The notes under the pieces are model-generated. The model saw nothing but the letters and a program-made list of their open reading frames with translations. It did not search any database and was not told the DNA's origin. DNA of 64,000 bases from an uncultured Methanosarcinales archaeon (GTDB taxonomy: Archaea > Halobacteriota > Methanosarcinia > Methanotrichales > Methanotrichaceae): positions 96,001 through 160,000 of the forward strand of contig CAWJKV010000005.1 of the NCBI GenBank assembly GCA_963843555.1, in the 5' to 3' direction. Below, piece by piece: positions 10,659-22,353 of the stretch; position 1 is the stretch's first letter, and each line of letters opens with the position of its first letter. Both the position numbers and the translations under genes were made by a program.

Positions 10659-11957
10659 CCTGAAAGTAATGTGCCAGAAAGATCCGGAAGCCGTCGTCTC
10701 TTATTTCAAGCATCTCCGGGCCCACATATATGTTGTGTTCACTACGAATGGCGAGGGAGAGATGCTTGCCCAGGGAGAGGTTTCCCATCTCTGCCGCCAG
10801 AAGATCCCACGCCAGAGTATATTTTCGCAGCTCCTCCACCACAACTTTGCCGTCTTGCTATGTAGGGGCCGGATAGAGGATGAGGGTGCGCGGCCAGGAA
10901 GCGGGCGGTGTGATCCGCCTCCCAGACAGGTGGACCCATGCGGCAGCTTGCCTTCGCGAGCTCCCAGACCTCCATTTCAAAGAGCATCACAGCCCGGTCA
11001 CGATACGCCGCGACATCGCTGCGCAAGACCCGGAAGCCGTTTCTCTCCAATAACGCTTTTATGGATTCTTCAGCTTTGCGCAGCTGTGGATAGAGGATAT
11101 CCTCTACCACCGCGGGAGCGGGGAGCTCCAGGAGGATCAGCTTTGTTCCCCGCATCGTTTATCAGGGCCTGCGATCTCCTCATCGGACAGAGGGCCTGGG
11201 CTTCTGGGGAAAGAAGAAATCAAGGCCCGGTTCTTTCAGAAATGCGTTGCGATACAGCTGCAAACTGGAGCATCTTATCCAGGGTTAATGCGGCTGCCAC
11301 ATTTCTATTCGGATCTACCGGATCCACAACAACCAGTGGCTCTTCATGCGTCTTTTTGCCCTTCCCTTCCAGGTCGATGTACGTTCCTGGCCTCCAGGAA
11401 GACGCTCCCTGGAGGACGCAGGAAAAGGAGCCATAGCATAGAACGAGCAATTCAGCCAGGTAACCGGAAAAGCCACCCACCTTCAACTCCGAGCCGTAGA
11501 CGTCTATGCCCTTCATGAACTGCTTGAGGAGGAGGACATCGTCCTCCCGACCGGCGACCGCTGCGCTGACATATCGGGTGTGAAAGGGGGTCCGATCCAC
11601 AGCCGATCTCAGCTGGGAGGCGTCCTCTACCAGATAGCATGGAACCAGGTCGACATCGAAGCCGTCCACCTGGGCATGAACATACGGATGCTCTGCATAT
11701 TTCTCCTCGTGATCAAAGGCGACAAGCCTTGCCACCTCCAGAGCAGCGAAAAGATCTCCCTCCGGGGGCACCCCCAAAAATATGTCCAGGTCGTGATCCT
11801 GGGCCAGCCAGGTGTTTCTGGCCGCGGAGCCCACCAGCATGGGCTTCATGCTCAATTTGCGCTCTCTTGCCAGCCGATCTATGTGGTCGATGATGGCGTT
11901 TGAGGTCTCAATCAATCGTGCTCTTTCGGCAAGACTGGGCCGGACCCTCCTGAGCAC
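10597..11957 (-). CDS. cca: CCA-adding enzyme, archaeal class I (at least two frameshifts, near 11200 and 10860)
   Basis: VGSAARNTWL..DLDIF, SAVDRTPFH, GGFSGYLAELL, DPVDPNRNVA; later parts (DILYPQL, GPPVW) in other frames. Confidence 0.9.
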
Positions 11958-11970
11958 CTCCTCCAGGACC

Positions 11971-12516
11971 CTAGAGAGAGAATCCTGCCAGGTCTTCGTA
12001 GATGGGGCCTCCGCGGGTCAACTTGCTCTTCTTAAGGCTGAATCGTTCTACGTTGAAGCGGCCCAGCTCCACTGCACCGAGGGAGGCGATCTTTGGCCTG
12101 AGCTCGCGATTCGTCTCCGGTCCTGGCCGGCTCACGCGACCCAGGGTCATATGGGGGCTGAAGCCTCTCGCCTCGCGCTCAAAGCCGACGGGGCCTAGAG
12201 CCGATTCCACCTTCTCATAAAGCTCATCGAAGTCTCCTTCCAGGCCCAGCCAAACGACACGCACGTCTCGACCGGGAAAAGTGCCCATGCCAGCGACGTG
12301 GGCGGGAAAGGGCGCCATCATAACTTTGCTGAGAGCCTCTTTCACCCGTCCCACCTCTGTTTCAGGCACATCTCCCAGGAACTTGATGGTGACATGCACT
12401 AACTCCGGCCGAACAAGCCGCAAACCTTCCGTCGCGATCTGGCTTTGCAGGCGCCCTATCGCGTCAAGCATCTCTCCCGGCAGGTCCACCGCCACAAAGC
12501 ACCTGATTCCGTTCAT
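11971..12516 (-). CDS. thpR: RNA 2',3'-cyclic phosphodiesterase (2H family)
   Basis: Two HxT motifs ([15 protein letters not shown]); its ATG overlaps the ilvD stop (ATGA). Confidence 0.9.
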   Translation of the reverse strand: MNGIRCFVAVDLPGEMLDAIGRLQSQIATEGLRLVRPELVHVTIKFLGDVPETEVGRVKEALSKVMMAPFPAHVAGMGTFPGRDVRVVWLGLEGDFDELYEKVESALGPVGFEREARGFSPHMTLGRVSRPGPETNRELRPKIASLGAVELGRFNVERFSLKKSKLTRGGPIYEDLAGFSL

Positions 12517-14160
12517 CTGAGTACACTGCCTTTGCTGGCCGAAGTAACAGAATTTCTGTAGCGGGCCAGGACGCCCGTCTTTATCACGGGCTCCGGTGCG
12601 GTCCACGCCTTCCGGCGCGTCTCCAGCTCCGCGGCATCGACGAGCAGATCGATCTTGCGCGCAGGTATATCAATTCGGATCATGTCGCCCTGCCGGACCA
12701 GGGCAATTGGTCCACCCACTGCGGCCTCCGGCGAGACATGGCCAATGCAGGGACCGCGGGTTCCGCCGCTGAACCGGCCGTCGGTGATGAGGGCCACAGA
12801 CTCGCTCAGGCCTGCGCCCGCGATGGCCGACGTCGGTGCCAGTGTCTCCCGCATGCCCGGGCCGCCTTTTGGCCCTTCATATCTTATTATCACGACATCC
12901 CCGGGCTTCACGCCACCTGCCACGATGCCCGCCATGGACTCCTCCTCGGAGTCGTAGACCACAGCGGGGCCGGAATGCTTGAGCATGGAATTGGATACCG
13001 CCGTCTGTTTGACCACCGCCCCTTCGGGGGCCAGGCTGCCGTGCATTATGGCAATCCCACCTTCAGCGTGCACGGGCGCATCGAGGGTGGCGATGATGCT
13101 GGCATTGGCTTTGGGATTGATGGGCTTGAAGGCATCCAGGTTCTCGCCCAGTCCTTTGCCTGTGACCGTGAGTGCATCCAGAGAGAGCAGGGAGCGAAGC
13201 CTGCTCATGATGGCCGGAATGCCTCCCGCCCGGTCCAGATCGAGAATATGATGAGGGCCGCCCGGCCGGAGGTTGACCAGATGGGGTGTATCCCGGCTCA
13301 GCTGATCGAAGCGGTCCAAATTCAGATCCAGTCCGAACTCAGCCGCGATAGCCATCATGTGCAAAACGGTATTTGTGGATCCACCTATGGCCATATCCAC
13401 TCGAATGGCGTTGTCCAGTGAGGCATTCGTGACTATCTGCCGGGCAGTTATGCCGCGCTCTACCAGCTCCATAATCTTCATGCCCGACTGTTTTGCATAT
13501 CGAATCTTGCAGCGCGTCCACGGCATGAGTGGTAGCGCATCCCGGCAAGCTCAAGCCCATGGCTTCGGTGAGGCAGGCCATGGTATTGGCAGTAAAAAGC
13601 CCGGCGCATGAGCCGGCTCCAGGACAGGCCATCTCCTCCAGGGCGTTCAGCGTCTCGCCTCCCGCCTGCCATCCCTCGAAGACGTTGATCAGATCCAGCT
13701 CCTTGTCGCAGGCAAAGCCGGGCATCATGGGCCCGCCCGTGATGACGATGGTGGGCAGGTCCAGTCTTCCCGCAGCCATGATGTGGCCGGGCACTATCTT
13801 GTCGCAGGAAGGGATCATAACCAGCCCGTCAAGCTGATGGGCCTCGGCCATGATCTCGATGGAGTCTTCGATCAGCTCGCGACTGGGCAGAGAATATCTC
13901 ATGCCCTTATGGCCCATGGCAATACCGTCGCAGACGCCTATGGTCTGGAATTCGAAGGGCACGCCACCGGCAGAGCGTATGCCCGCCTTCACTGCCTGCC
14001 CCAGCTTGTCAAGGTGAATGTGCCCGGGTATAAACTCATTATAAGAGTTGACAACGCCGATGAAGGGACGGCGAATCTCTTCATCGCATAGGCCAGTGGC
14101 CTTGAAAAGAGCCCTATGAGGCGCCCTCTCTCTGCCTACTTTGGTGACATCGCTCCTCAT
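12513..14160 (-). CDS. ilvD: Dihydroxy-acid dehydratase (frameshift near 13515)
   Basis: [37 protein letters not shown] across two ORFs. Confidence 0.94.
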
Positions 14161-14362
14161 CCTAAAACCTCATTTGAGCCTTTGTCACTTTTCCGTTTAA
14201 GTAGTTGCTGATCTTCAATTTATCGATAAAAAGACTTGCTTCTACAACGAATTGCTTTTGCGAAGAATCAAAAGCATCATGATTTGCAGGAAGCCGTCTC
14301 TCCACCATCTCGTCCCACAAGTTAAATACCACGAGATACTAGCCGCCAGAGGTGGTTTAACC

Positions 14363-16255
14363 GTGGATGCCTACTCGTTCTTCCTGGTGTTCCTCGCAAT
14401 CTACATAGCCGTCTTGCTCGCCATCGGCCTCTACTTATCTCGTCGACAAAAGTCTGTGACGGACTTCTGGCTGGCAGGAAGAGAGCTCGGGCCGATCAGC
14501 ATCGGATTTTCTGCGGCATCCGCGTGGATAACGGCGAGTGCACTGCTCCTGGCCACAGGGCTGTTTCTTCTCATCGGCATAGGTTCGATATGGATCTGGG
14601 TCTTCCCCAACATTGCCGGGCTGATCATAATAGCCGCGATCTCAGGAAGGATCAAGAACATTCCTGCTCTGACCCAGCCTGAGCTCATGGAGATAAGATA
14701 CGACCCCATGATCCGGGCGCCGGTGGCCGTGGCCGTCACCATCATGATGATACTCTTCTCGGTGACTGATTTCATCGGTTTCAAGCTGGTCCTGGGGACC
14801 TTCTTCGGCATCGAGCCCTTCTTCGCCATCGCCATTATGGCCGTATCAGTCGCCCTTTACGTCAGTGTGGGCGGCTTTCGCGCCGTGGTCTGGACCGATA
14901 TTTTGCAGTATATTCTGTTGGCAGGCCTGGCGGTGTATGTGGCCACACTGGTTCTGGACCTATCTGCCAAGAAGGGTGTCTCTTTGATCGAGGCCTCTTC
15001 AATGCTTGGCACAGACTGGTGGGATCTCTTCGTCCTGGGAGGCTTGATGGGGGCTCTGGTCTTCATGGTGGCCCTCTTGCCGGGATGGGTTGCAGAGCAG
15101 GATCCCTGGCAGAAGGTCTGGGCGGCGCGCGACGAACGCTCCGCGAAGAGAGGGCTCTTGCTTGGTGCTGCACTGCTGGCTTTGGTCTATCTTTGCTGCC
15201 TGCTCACAGCCATCGGCCTTTCTGTGCTCTATCCCCGGCCTGCAGGAGAGGTAGAGGCGGAGATGCTCTACCTCAGAGTCATCAGCGATAACGTATCGGG
15301 ATGGCTCCTGGGCCTGCTGACCATAGGCTTTGCCGCAGCCTCGATGTCCTGCACGGACACCTTTGCCACGTCTGGAGCCTCCTGTATCTCCCGGGATCTG
15401 ATCCAGCGGCACCTCTGGCCCACAGCCACCATGAAAGAGATGCTGATTGTCAACAGGATACTGGTGATAATCATGATCGGCATCTCGGCGTTAATCGCGT
15501 TGAATGTGAACAGCATCATGGATGCGGTAATCATCGCCACGGTCATAGGCACCACATCCTACTTCTTCCCCATTATCGGCGGGCTCTACTGGAAACGAGC
15601 CACCAAGTGGGGGGCCATGGCAGCGCTCATAGTCGGCGGCGGAACGCAGATCCTGCTCGTCTCCTATGAGCAATTCTGGCTGAAACAGCCTCTGGACAGC
15701 ATCTCGCCTCTGCTCACGGAGCACGGAGTGCTTGTCGGCCTGACATTGAGCGCTCTATTCTTCGTCGGCGTCTCGCTGGTCACGCGACCGACAGAGGATA
15801 TTCGCCTCGCGCCGTTCTTTCCTGAGGTCGCAGAGAAGGTCTTTGACAGCGGCCTTCCAGGAGTGGACAAGAAGGGCGCGCGCTACCATGAGGTCATCAT
15901 GCAGATCGAGGAGAAGATGGCAGGAGACCGCACTCACCTCAACCTCGCTATCGCGCACGCGAACGTCGACGGCGCTGCCGGGGCAGAGGAGCTGAAATGG
16001 GAGCCGTTCGTGGAGAAGCTGAAGGACATGCATTCCTCCTGGTTCACGCCCACGGGGAGCCACATCGTCTACCGGCTCTCTCAGGCGGATATGCTGGCCT
16101 GCGTCAAGATGGTGCGCGGCGATTCCAGCCAGATCTGGCTCTCAGCCGAGCCGACGCGCGAACAGAACGAAAGACAAAAGGATGAGCTCTATTTGGCATA
16201 TGAGGAGATAGGGGATGCACTGCGGGAGTTCGGCATGACCATCCTCGATCCAGAC
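14363..16255 (+). CDS. Sodium:solute symporter family protein with soluble C-terminal extension
   Basis: Many TM helices, DFWLAGR, GGFRAVVWTD; GTG start after GAGGTGG. True stop uncertain because it reads in frame into the next gene. Confidence 0.85.
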
Positions 16256-17421
16256 ATGAGGGAAGATATTCAGGTAGCAGTGGTCGGCGCGGGGCCGGCG
16301 GGCAGCACTGCCGCAGAAGTTGCCGCGCAGGGATGCAAAGGTAGTGCTCATCGATCAGAAGAGCGAGATAGGAAGCCCCGTGCAGTGCGGTGGCTTCCTT
16401 CCTGAACCCTGCGAGCTGGTGCGGCTTATGCCCCGCGCCCGCCTGCCCCAGACGCTAATTGAGATTCCGGAACGCTGCATACTGCACCGCACCAGATTGC
16501 AGCGCATCTATTCTCCCTCTGGAAAGGGCAAGGAGTTTCCCGTGGCGGGCAGGGTTTTGGACCGCCGCGCCTTCGATCGCCACCTTGCCAGCCGGGCGGC
16601 TCGCGCGGGAGCTCGGATCCTTCCCGCGACGCGCGCAAATCTCAGCGAGGGCACATTGCAGCTTTCCGGACGCTTCTCCGGAGCCATGCGGCCGCAGGTA
16701 ATAATAGGTGCAGACGGTCCGCACTCGATCGTCTCCCGCGCCATGGGAAATCCTGGCCAGGAGCTGGGCATCTGCCTGGAATATGAGATGGTCGATGTAA
16801 AGATCGATGCCGATGCGGCAGAGATGTACTTCTCGGCAAATTTTGCTCCAGGCGGCTACGCCTGGATAATTCCTCTGGGACCGGACACGGCCAATGTGGG
16901 AGTAGGCGTTCGGGCATCGTACCTGGCGGGCCGAAAGCTTCCCGATATTCTGGACAGGTTTGTCAAAGAGCATCCTATTGCCGCGAAGAAGCTGGGATGC
17001 GGTGAAGTCTTGGCCGTCATGCGCGGTCTCGTGCCCGCGGGCGGGTCCCCAGGCAGTGATTCAGAAGAGCAACATGCTACTGGCCGGAGACGCTGCCGGC
17101 CACGTCATGGCCACCAGTGGAGGGGGCATACCCTTGGCCATGGTAGCTGGAAGGATAGCGGGCGATGCTGCAATCGGGCATTTGCAGGACGGGGTGCCTC
17201 TGCAGGAGTACCCGTCGCGCATCCGCGAAGAGTTTGGAATAGAGTTGTCGCGATCGGTGCAGATAAGGAAAATGGTGGATATGGCCATGAAGAGCGACTC
17301 TCTCATGAATGCCCTCTTTGCGACCTTGAGCCCCAGCCAGATGAAATCTGTAATGCGCGCCCAGATCCCCCTGCCTCTCCAGGCGTGCGAACGATCTGAC
17401 GATTCGTTCCGGACAGTCTAA
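16256..17421 (+). CDS. Geranylgeranyl reductase family protein (frameshifts near 16330 and 17050)
   Basis: VVGAGPAGS, IIGADG, APGGYAWI, LAGDAAG...GGGI spread over three frames. Confidence 0.88.
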
Positions 17422-17519
17422 TCAGGGAACGCACCAGGGGCAGAGTTATCCAGATTTTATAAAACCAAAAGAGAACACCGCGGAAGGATGGCATGACCAT
17501 CCCCGCCAAAATTGCAGAT

Positions 17520-17921
17520 CTATTCCTTTTTCTCTTCTTTGGGAGCCTTGCCCAGCAGCTCCTCCACGGACTTGGCCCCGATCTCCACTACCTTGACATT
17601 TATCTGGCCAATATCGGGAGAGATATCCCTTCCGTGAATGCTCATCCTCTTCTTCTTTCCTTCGGCGACAGGGTGATACCCGGTTCCAGTCGATAACAGG
17701 ATTTTTCTGCGCTTTGTGCCGGGAAGGTCTGCACGCATGGGAAATCCTTCGCGATCGCTACCGCCCGTGACCTGTACCGAATAGCCGGGCATGCCCAGGA
17801 TATCTCCTTCGATCTTGTCGCCAATGTGTTTTCCCAGAAGCTTGCCGGCTCCTGGATCCTTAAGCTCCACCTGATAGGCCTTACCGCTCTTGGGATCTGA
17901 GACTACAACCCTAAAATCCAT
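17520..17921 (-). CDS. rps6e: 30S ribosomal protein S6e
   Basis: TGGSDREGFPMR motif; 133 aa. Confidence 0.95.
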   Translation of the reverse strand: MDFRVVVSDPKSGKAYQVELKDPGAGKLLGKHIGDKIEGDILGMPGYSVQVTGGSDREGFPMRADLPGTKRRKILLSTGTGYHPVAEGKKKRMSIHGRDISPDIGQINVKVVEIGAKSVEELLGKAPKEEKKE

Positions 17922-17933
17922 CTTTCTTCCTCA

Positions 17934-19031
17934 TCATGTAAATGTGATGTTGAGTCTAGAGATCGATGCTCTATAAAACCTTATCTTGTCGGGAAAGGAG
18001 TTTTCCGAGCAGGATTGATGATTACGCCTTGCGCGAATCATTTCAGCATCTGTCATCCTGGAGTAGTCCACCAGCATGGATATGGGCGCGGTCTCGATTT
18101 TTCCTCCCAGCTCCTCGGCGGCCACCATCCCGTTGACACCAGCATAGAAGGCTATGCCGATCTTGCCCGAAGCCACGGGGCACCCCAGGATGGGCTCCGC
18201 TGGACCACCGATCTTTATGAGCCCGCCAAAGCCCGCGGCCTGAGACTCTTCCAGAAGCTCGCAGGCATGTTCCGCTGCCGCGACGGGCACCTCCCGAACG
18301 TTGGCCAGCACCCGTCCCGTGCCTTTAAAGATGGCATTTGCCACACTCGTCACCCTGCGGCCCATGAACACCTTAATGGGATCGAGGGACGAGCCAGCAT
18401 AGGCGATGAGGTCGGTGAACTCCCCTGGCTGCTTTTCCCTGACTTCCGCCAGCCCAGCGAAGCTGGTGAGAACTGGAATGCCCTTATTCAGGAGCATGCC
18501 GTCCAGAGTGATACTGCATACCGTCGCCACGCCCAAGGACCCTGCAGGAATCTCCAAAGAGGAGAGAGTATCTCCTTCATCCAGGACCAGCGCCCTCCGG
18601 CTTATGGTATAACCTGCATCGAAGGCATAGCCCAGGATCTCGAAAACCTCTTCAGCGTTCGCCTTATCGATGATGCTGGTATTGGCGATGACTTCACCTT
18701 GTCCGGTCAGAGGATCAAAACTGGTCTTGAACATATATTCTTCAATCCTCGTATTCACAAAACCGATCCGGTCGTCCACAAGGGCATCGCTCAGCTCCCT
18801 TGAGCCGAGAGGCGTAATCACCCGGCCGCTGTAGCCGCTCTTCATGGTAAATCCCAGCTCATCGAGGATCTTGAGGTTGTAGCGCACCGCCCTCTCCCCC
18901 AGGTCATAGCCGCGATTGCATAGAGAATCCGAGATCGCCCTCGCCCCGACTGGCGAGCCCGCGCTTTCGATAACTCTGAGGATCTCTATGAGCCTGCGCT
19001 GGCTCATATGCGTCTTGGTGAGCAGCTTCAT
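17934..19031 (-). CDS. NrpR-family transcriptional regulator (wHTH plus DUF128/NRD)
   Basis: IEILRVI..GARAIS..ERAVRYNL HTH, TVCSITLDG, YAGSSLDP; 3' end uncertain. Confidence 0.8.
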   Translation of the reverse strand: MKLLTKTHMSQRRLIEILRVIESAGSPVGARAISDSLCNRGYDLGERAVRYNLKILDELGFTMKSGYSGRVITPLGSRELSDALVDDRIGFVNTRIEEYMFKTSFDPLTGQGEVIANTSIIDKANAEEVFEILGYAFDAGYTISRRALVLDEGDTLSSLEIPAGSLGVATVCSITLDGMLLNKGIPVLTSFAGLAEVREKQPGEFTDLIAYAGSSLDPIKVFMGRRVTSVANAIFKGTGRVLANVREVPVAAAEHACELLEESQAAGFGGLIKIGGPAEPILGCPVASGKIGIAFYAGVNGMVAAEELGGKIETAPISMLVDYSRMTDAEMIRARRNHQSCSENSFPDKIRFYRASISRLNITFT

Positions 19032-19140
19032 CTCCTTTGATCCTCCGGGAAAGGCCATATATATCTTATGCGGATAACTAGCTGCCCGAGCTGGAGATGC
19101 CCGGGCCTGCAGACCAGCCAAATAAGCCTTGCAAGATTAT

Positions 19141-19213
19141 AGTCCCGTGGGGTAGCGGTCAATCCTGAGGGCCTTTGGAGCCCGCGACGGCGGTTCGAAT
19201 CCGCCCGGGACTA
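19141..19213 (+). tRNA. tRNA-Gln(TTG)
   Basis: AGTCCCG/CGGGACT acceptor stem, anticodon loop CTTTGGA, GGTTCGAATCC T-arm. Confidence 0.93.
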
Positions 19214-19307
19214 CTTTCAACTCAAGCGCATCAGAAACGTAGATATATCTGGCCGAGTATCATGAGGAGAGGGCCAGGCGGTTTGATTTATGATGCTAGA
19301 GTCAATT

Positions 19308-19382
19308 GCTCCGGTAGTGTAGCCCGGCCAATCATTTCGGCCTTTCAAGCCGAAGACTCGGGTTCAAATCCCGGCCGGAGCA
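19308..19382 (+). tRNA. tRNA-Glu(TTC)
   Basis: GCTCCGG/CCGGAGC acceptor stem, TCGGC-CTTTCAA-GCCGA anticodon arm. Confidence 0.93.
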
Positions 19383-19733
19383 TTTTTACCACAATTTTTC
19401 TTGATTATTATATCGCGGGATCGCCGACCCCATGATGGTCAGCCACTCTTGGGCATCGATTTGTGGCAAATTCACTTGGTTTGCGGCAAGTAATCTTGAT
19501 TTGCTGCCCAGGAGTATTTGCCCAGGAGTATTGAATGCCGAATATCCCGCTGCGAATTATCCACCCAGTATTCGGATACAGGACCTTTTTGGCGCGCATT
19601 ATCAAGGACTAATGCGGAGTGAAGAAGACGGCATCTTGGCAGCACCGCCCAGTAACAAAGACCCTTAGTTTCTACAACTTTGGATAGAAAAAGGACCTAC
19701 AAATATCGATTTTTAAAATAAATACCCGACACG

Positions 19734-19967
19734 TTTATATTCCATAAGCCGTTAAGAGGTGCTTGTGCCTGAGCAAAATACTCAAATATAAGCCGAGAAG
19801 CATGAGGATCAGGTACTCCACACCGCCAGCGGCATTTCAACTGCCTCTGCTTGGACCTAATGCCAAGCGAGGGTAATAACCCGTTGTCGGATGGTGCCAA
19901 TGGATTTGGGCCTCTGCGGACGGCTTAGATCTATGCATTGATGGTAAACTAAGGAGGTGGGAAAGAA
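19734..19967 (+). promoter_or_regulatory. TATA box plus ~200-nt structured 5' leader and RBS
   Basis: TTTATAT at 19734, TTGTGCCTGA near the inferred TSS, TAAGCCG/CGGCTTA closing stem, internal hairpins, AGGAGGTGG RBS. Confidence 0.6.
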
Positions 19968-20696
19968 ATGAGGAAACTAATAGCTGTTTTGGTTATTATC
20001 GCCATGGCCGTAGTAGGCATGGCCGGTGCAGCCAACTATATGTACGAAAAGGCATCGGTCAAGGGCGTTGGATACAAGAACGTAGAGATGATCGTTTCAA
20101 CCCAGACTGGTTTTGCAGGCCAGAAGCTGGTAGAGAAAGAGTCCGGATCCGGTAACGTAATCACCGAGAGGACTGAGCTCGAAGCCGAGAGGCAGCTTGG
20201 CAAGAATGGTCTCGTCCTAGCCGATTGCCTGTACCCAACCGGTGGCTGCGCCATGGACTACATCAACTTCACCAAGGAAGCTGAGTTCGAGTACATGCCC
20301 GTATCTTACCAGACCGGAACCTACGACCAGAAGTGGGTCGAGAAACTCTGCGTCCAGAACTACAGGATCGGCGCTGTGCTGACTGAGATGTACACCCATG
20401 CTGAGCACCTGCAGAAGACCACTGAGGTCAAGACCAGGGGCTACGCCAACAACTGCGTAACAAACTGCTGCACAGGTGTACTCGAGGCTAACCTCAACAG
20501 CAATGTAATCGGCGTTGCTCACATCGGATGGATCTCCAGGGATCCCATGGCTGACAACCAGCTCAAGGGTCGCCATGCCGAGTACGGCAGATCCGTCGAG
20601 GACCTGACTGGTGTCTTCTCCATCGAGAAGTTCATCCAGCTCTGGGGCAACTCCACATGCGGCGCAATCAGCGTTGACTGGCTGCCCTGCGTGTAA
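19968..20696 (+). CDS. Secreted Cys-rich beta-strand protein, paralog 1 (candidate sheath/filament subunit)
   Basis: Sec signal peptide, strong RBS, C-biased third codon positions, near-identical paralogs nearby. Confidence 0.85.
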   Translation: MRKLIAVLVIIAMAVVGMAGAANYMYEKASVKGVGYKNVEMIVSTQTGFAGQKLVEKESGSGNVITERTELEAERQLGKNGLVLADCLYPTGGCAMDYINFTKEAEFEYMPVSYQTGTYDQKWVEKLCVQNYRIGAVLTEMYTHAEHLQKTTEVKTRGYANNCVTNCCTGVLEANLNSNVIGVAHIGWISRDPMADNQLKGRHAEYGRSVEDLTGVFSIEKFIQLWGNSTCGAISVDWLPCV

Positions 20697-20724
20697 ATAG
20701 ATAAAACTGAATCGTCAGATTTGG

Positions 20725-20775
20725 CTCCGGGCTTGATTGCCCGGAGTTCATATTATATTTCGCGTTTTTATTGAA
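20725..20775 (+). terminator. Hairpin terminator
   Basis: CTCCGGGC-N6-GCCCGGAG followed by T-rich sequence; duplicated at 22021. Confidence 0.65.
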
Positions 20776-20975
20776 GTAGTAACCTTGCATCGAACGTTCT
20801 TTTTGCGAAAATATCGTCACCCAGATGGGGCGCCGATATATTAAGTGCATTATTCTGGATAACATGTCCCTAGAACCATGCGACCTCAGGTGAGTTTCGC
20901 CCTGCCCGGAGGTGAAAACAGGCATGTCGTGCGTGAATATTAGATGATCAAATTACAGAATTCATGCTCGATAGG

Positions 20976-21257
20976 TTTATATGTCAGTAATCTAATGTGG
21001 AAGGTTGTGCCTGAAGAACATTTTCAAATGCCCGATGAAAATCATGGGACCAGGCGCCTCACGCCGGATAGGATAGCACTTGACGCTTTCGGCAGATGTA
21101 TCAAAACTGAGCCGAACCAAGCGGTTTCACTCTTCTGGTGGAACGATCCCGGATCTTTGATCTGGGGCATATCTGATCCAATCGGGGTGATGTACTGAAG
21201 GATCATTCGTTGCTGTCAAGCAGCATTCGATCCTCATGTAAAGGAGGTGGGAAAGAA
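20976..21257 (+). promoter_or_regulatory. TATA box plus ~250-nt structured 5' leader and RBS
   Basis: TTTATAT at 20976, TTGTGCCTGA at the same spacing as in leader 1, CCCGAT/ATCGGG closing stem, multiple hairpins. Confidence 0.6.
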
Positions 21258-21992
21258 ATGAGAAAACTAATAGCTGTTTTGGTTATTATCGCCATGGCCG
21301 TAGTAGGCATGGCCGGTGCAGCCAACTATATGTACGAAAAGGCATCGGTCAAGGGCGTTGGATACAAGAACGTAGAGATGATCATTTCCACACAGACTGG
21401 CTTTGCCGGCCAGAAGCTGGTAGAGAAAGAGTCCGGATCCGGTAACGTGATCACCGAGAGGACTGAGATCGAAGCCGAGAGGCAGCTCGGCAGAGACGGC
21501 CTCGTTCTTGCTGGCAATTGCATTTACCCAACCGGCAATGCTTGCGCCATGGACTACATCAACTTCACTAAGGAAGCTGAGTTCGAGTACATGCCCGTAT
21601 CTTACCAGACCGGAACCTACGACCAGAAGTGGGTCGAGAAACTCTGCGTCCAGAACTACAGGATCGGCGCTGTGCTGACTGAAATGTACACCCATGCTGA
21701 GCACCTGCAGAAGACCACTGAGGTCAAGACCAGGGGCTACGCCAATAACTGTGTAACAAACTGCTGCACAGGTGTACTCGAGGCTAACCTCAACAGCAAC
21801 GTAATCGGCGTTGCCCACATCGGATGGATCTCCAGGGACCCCATGGCTGACCCACAGCTCAAGGGCCGCCATGCCGAGTATGGCAGATCTGTCGAGGACC
21901 TGACTGGCGTCTTCTCCATCGAGAAGTTCATCCAGCTCTGGGGCAACTCCACATGCGGCGCAATCAGCGTTGACTGGCTGCCCTGCGTGTAA
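21258..21992 (+). CDS. Secreted Cys-rich beta-strand protein, paralog 2
   Basis: Near-identical to 19968..20696 except for one loop and scattered substitutions. Confidence 0.85.
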   Translation: MRKLIAVLVIIAMAVVGMAGAANYMYEKASVKGVGYKNVEMIISTQTGFAGQKLVEKESGSGNVITERTEIEAERQLGRDGLVLAGNCIYPTGNACAMDYINFTKEAEFEYMPVSYQTGTYDQKWVEKLCVQNYRIGAVLTEMYTHAEHLQKTTEVKTRGYANNCVTNCCTGVLEANLNSNVIGVAHIGWISRDPMADPQLKGRHAEYGRSVEDLTGVFSIEKFIQLWGNSTCGAISVDWLPCV

Positions 21993-22020
21993 ATAGACAA
22001 AACTGAAATCTCAAATCAGG

Positions 22021-22062
22021 CTCCGGGCTCGATTGCCCGGAGTTCATATTATATTTTTGACT
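22021..22062 (+). terminator. Hairpin terminator
   Basis: CTCCGGGC-N6-GCCCGGAG followed by a T-tract. Confidence 0.65.
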
Positions 22063-22353
22063 TTATTATTATCTCAGAATCTATTTTAATCATTTCTGGA
22101 TTCAGTCTCAAATATGAGCGGTAGTAGTAATTCCAAAAGCACAATTGTGCTATTCTCTTCCAAGAAGCTCATCCGCATAGGCAGCTCCCCTGGCGCTAGC
22201 TGCCTTAAGTGTTGATTATGAACAACAGATAGATTTATATCAAATAAAAGCATCAGCTTATAATTGTAGCTCAAGTCTCGGCTTTACGGCCGAAAGGGAT
22301 CTACATCTAAAGGGATCAATAACTGTTACGTCAACATCGGGGGTGAATGTAGC

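Noticed and set aside
10597..17421. True pseudogenes or programmed frameshifting in cca, ilvD and the reductase
   Set aside because: Core genes with intact motifs, and no shared slippery site noticed; assembly error is more parsimonious.
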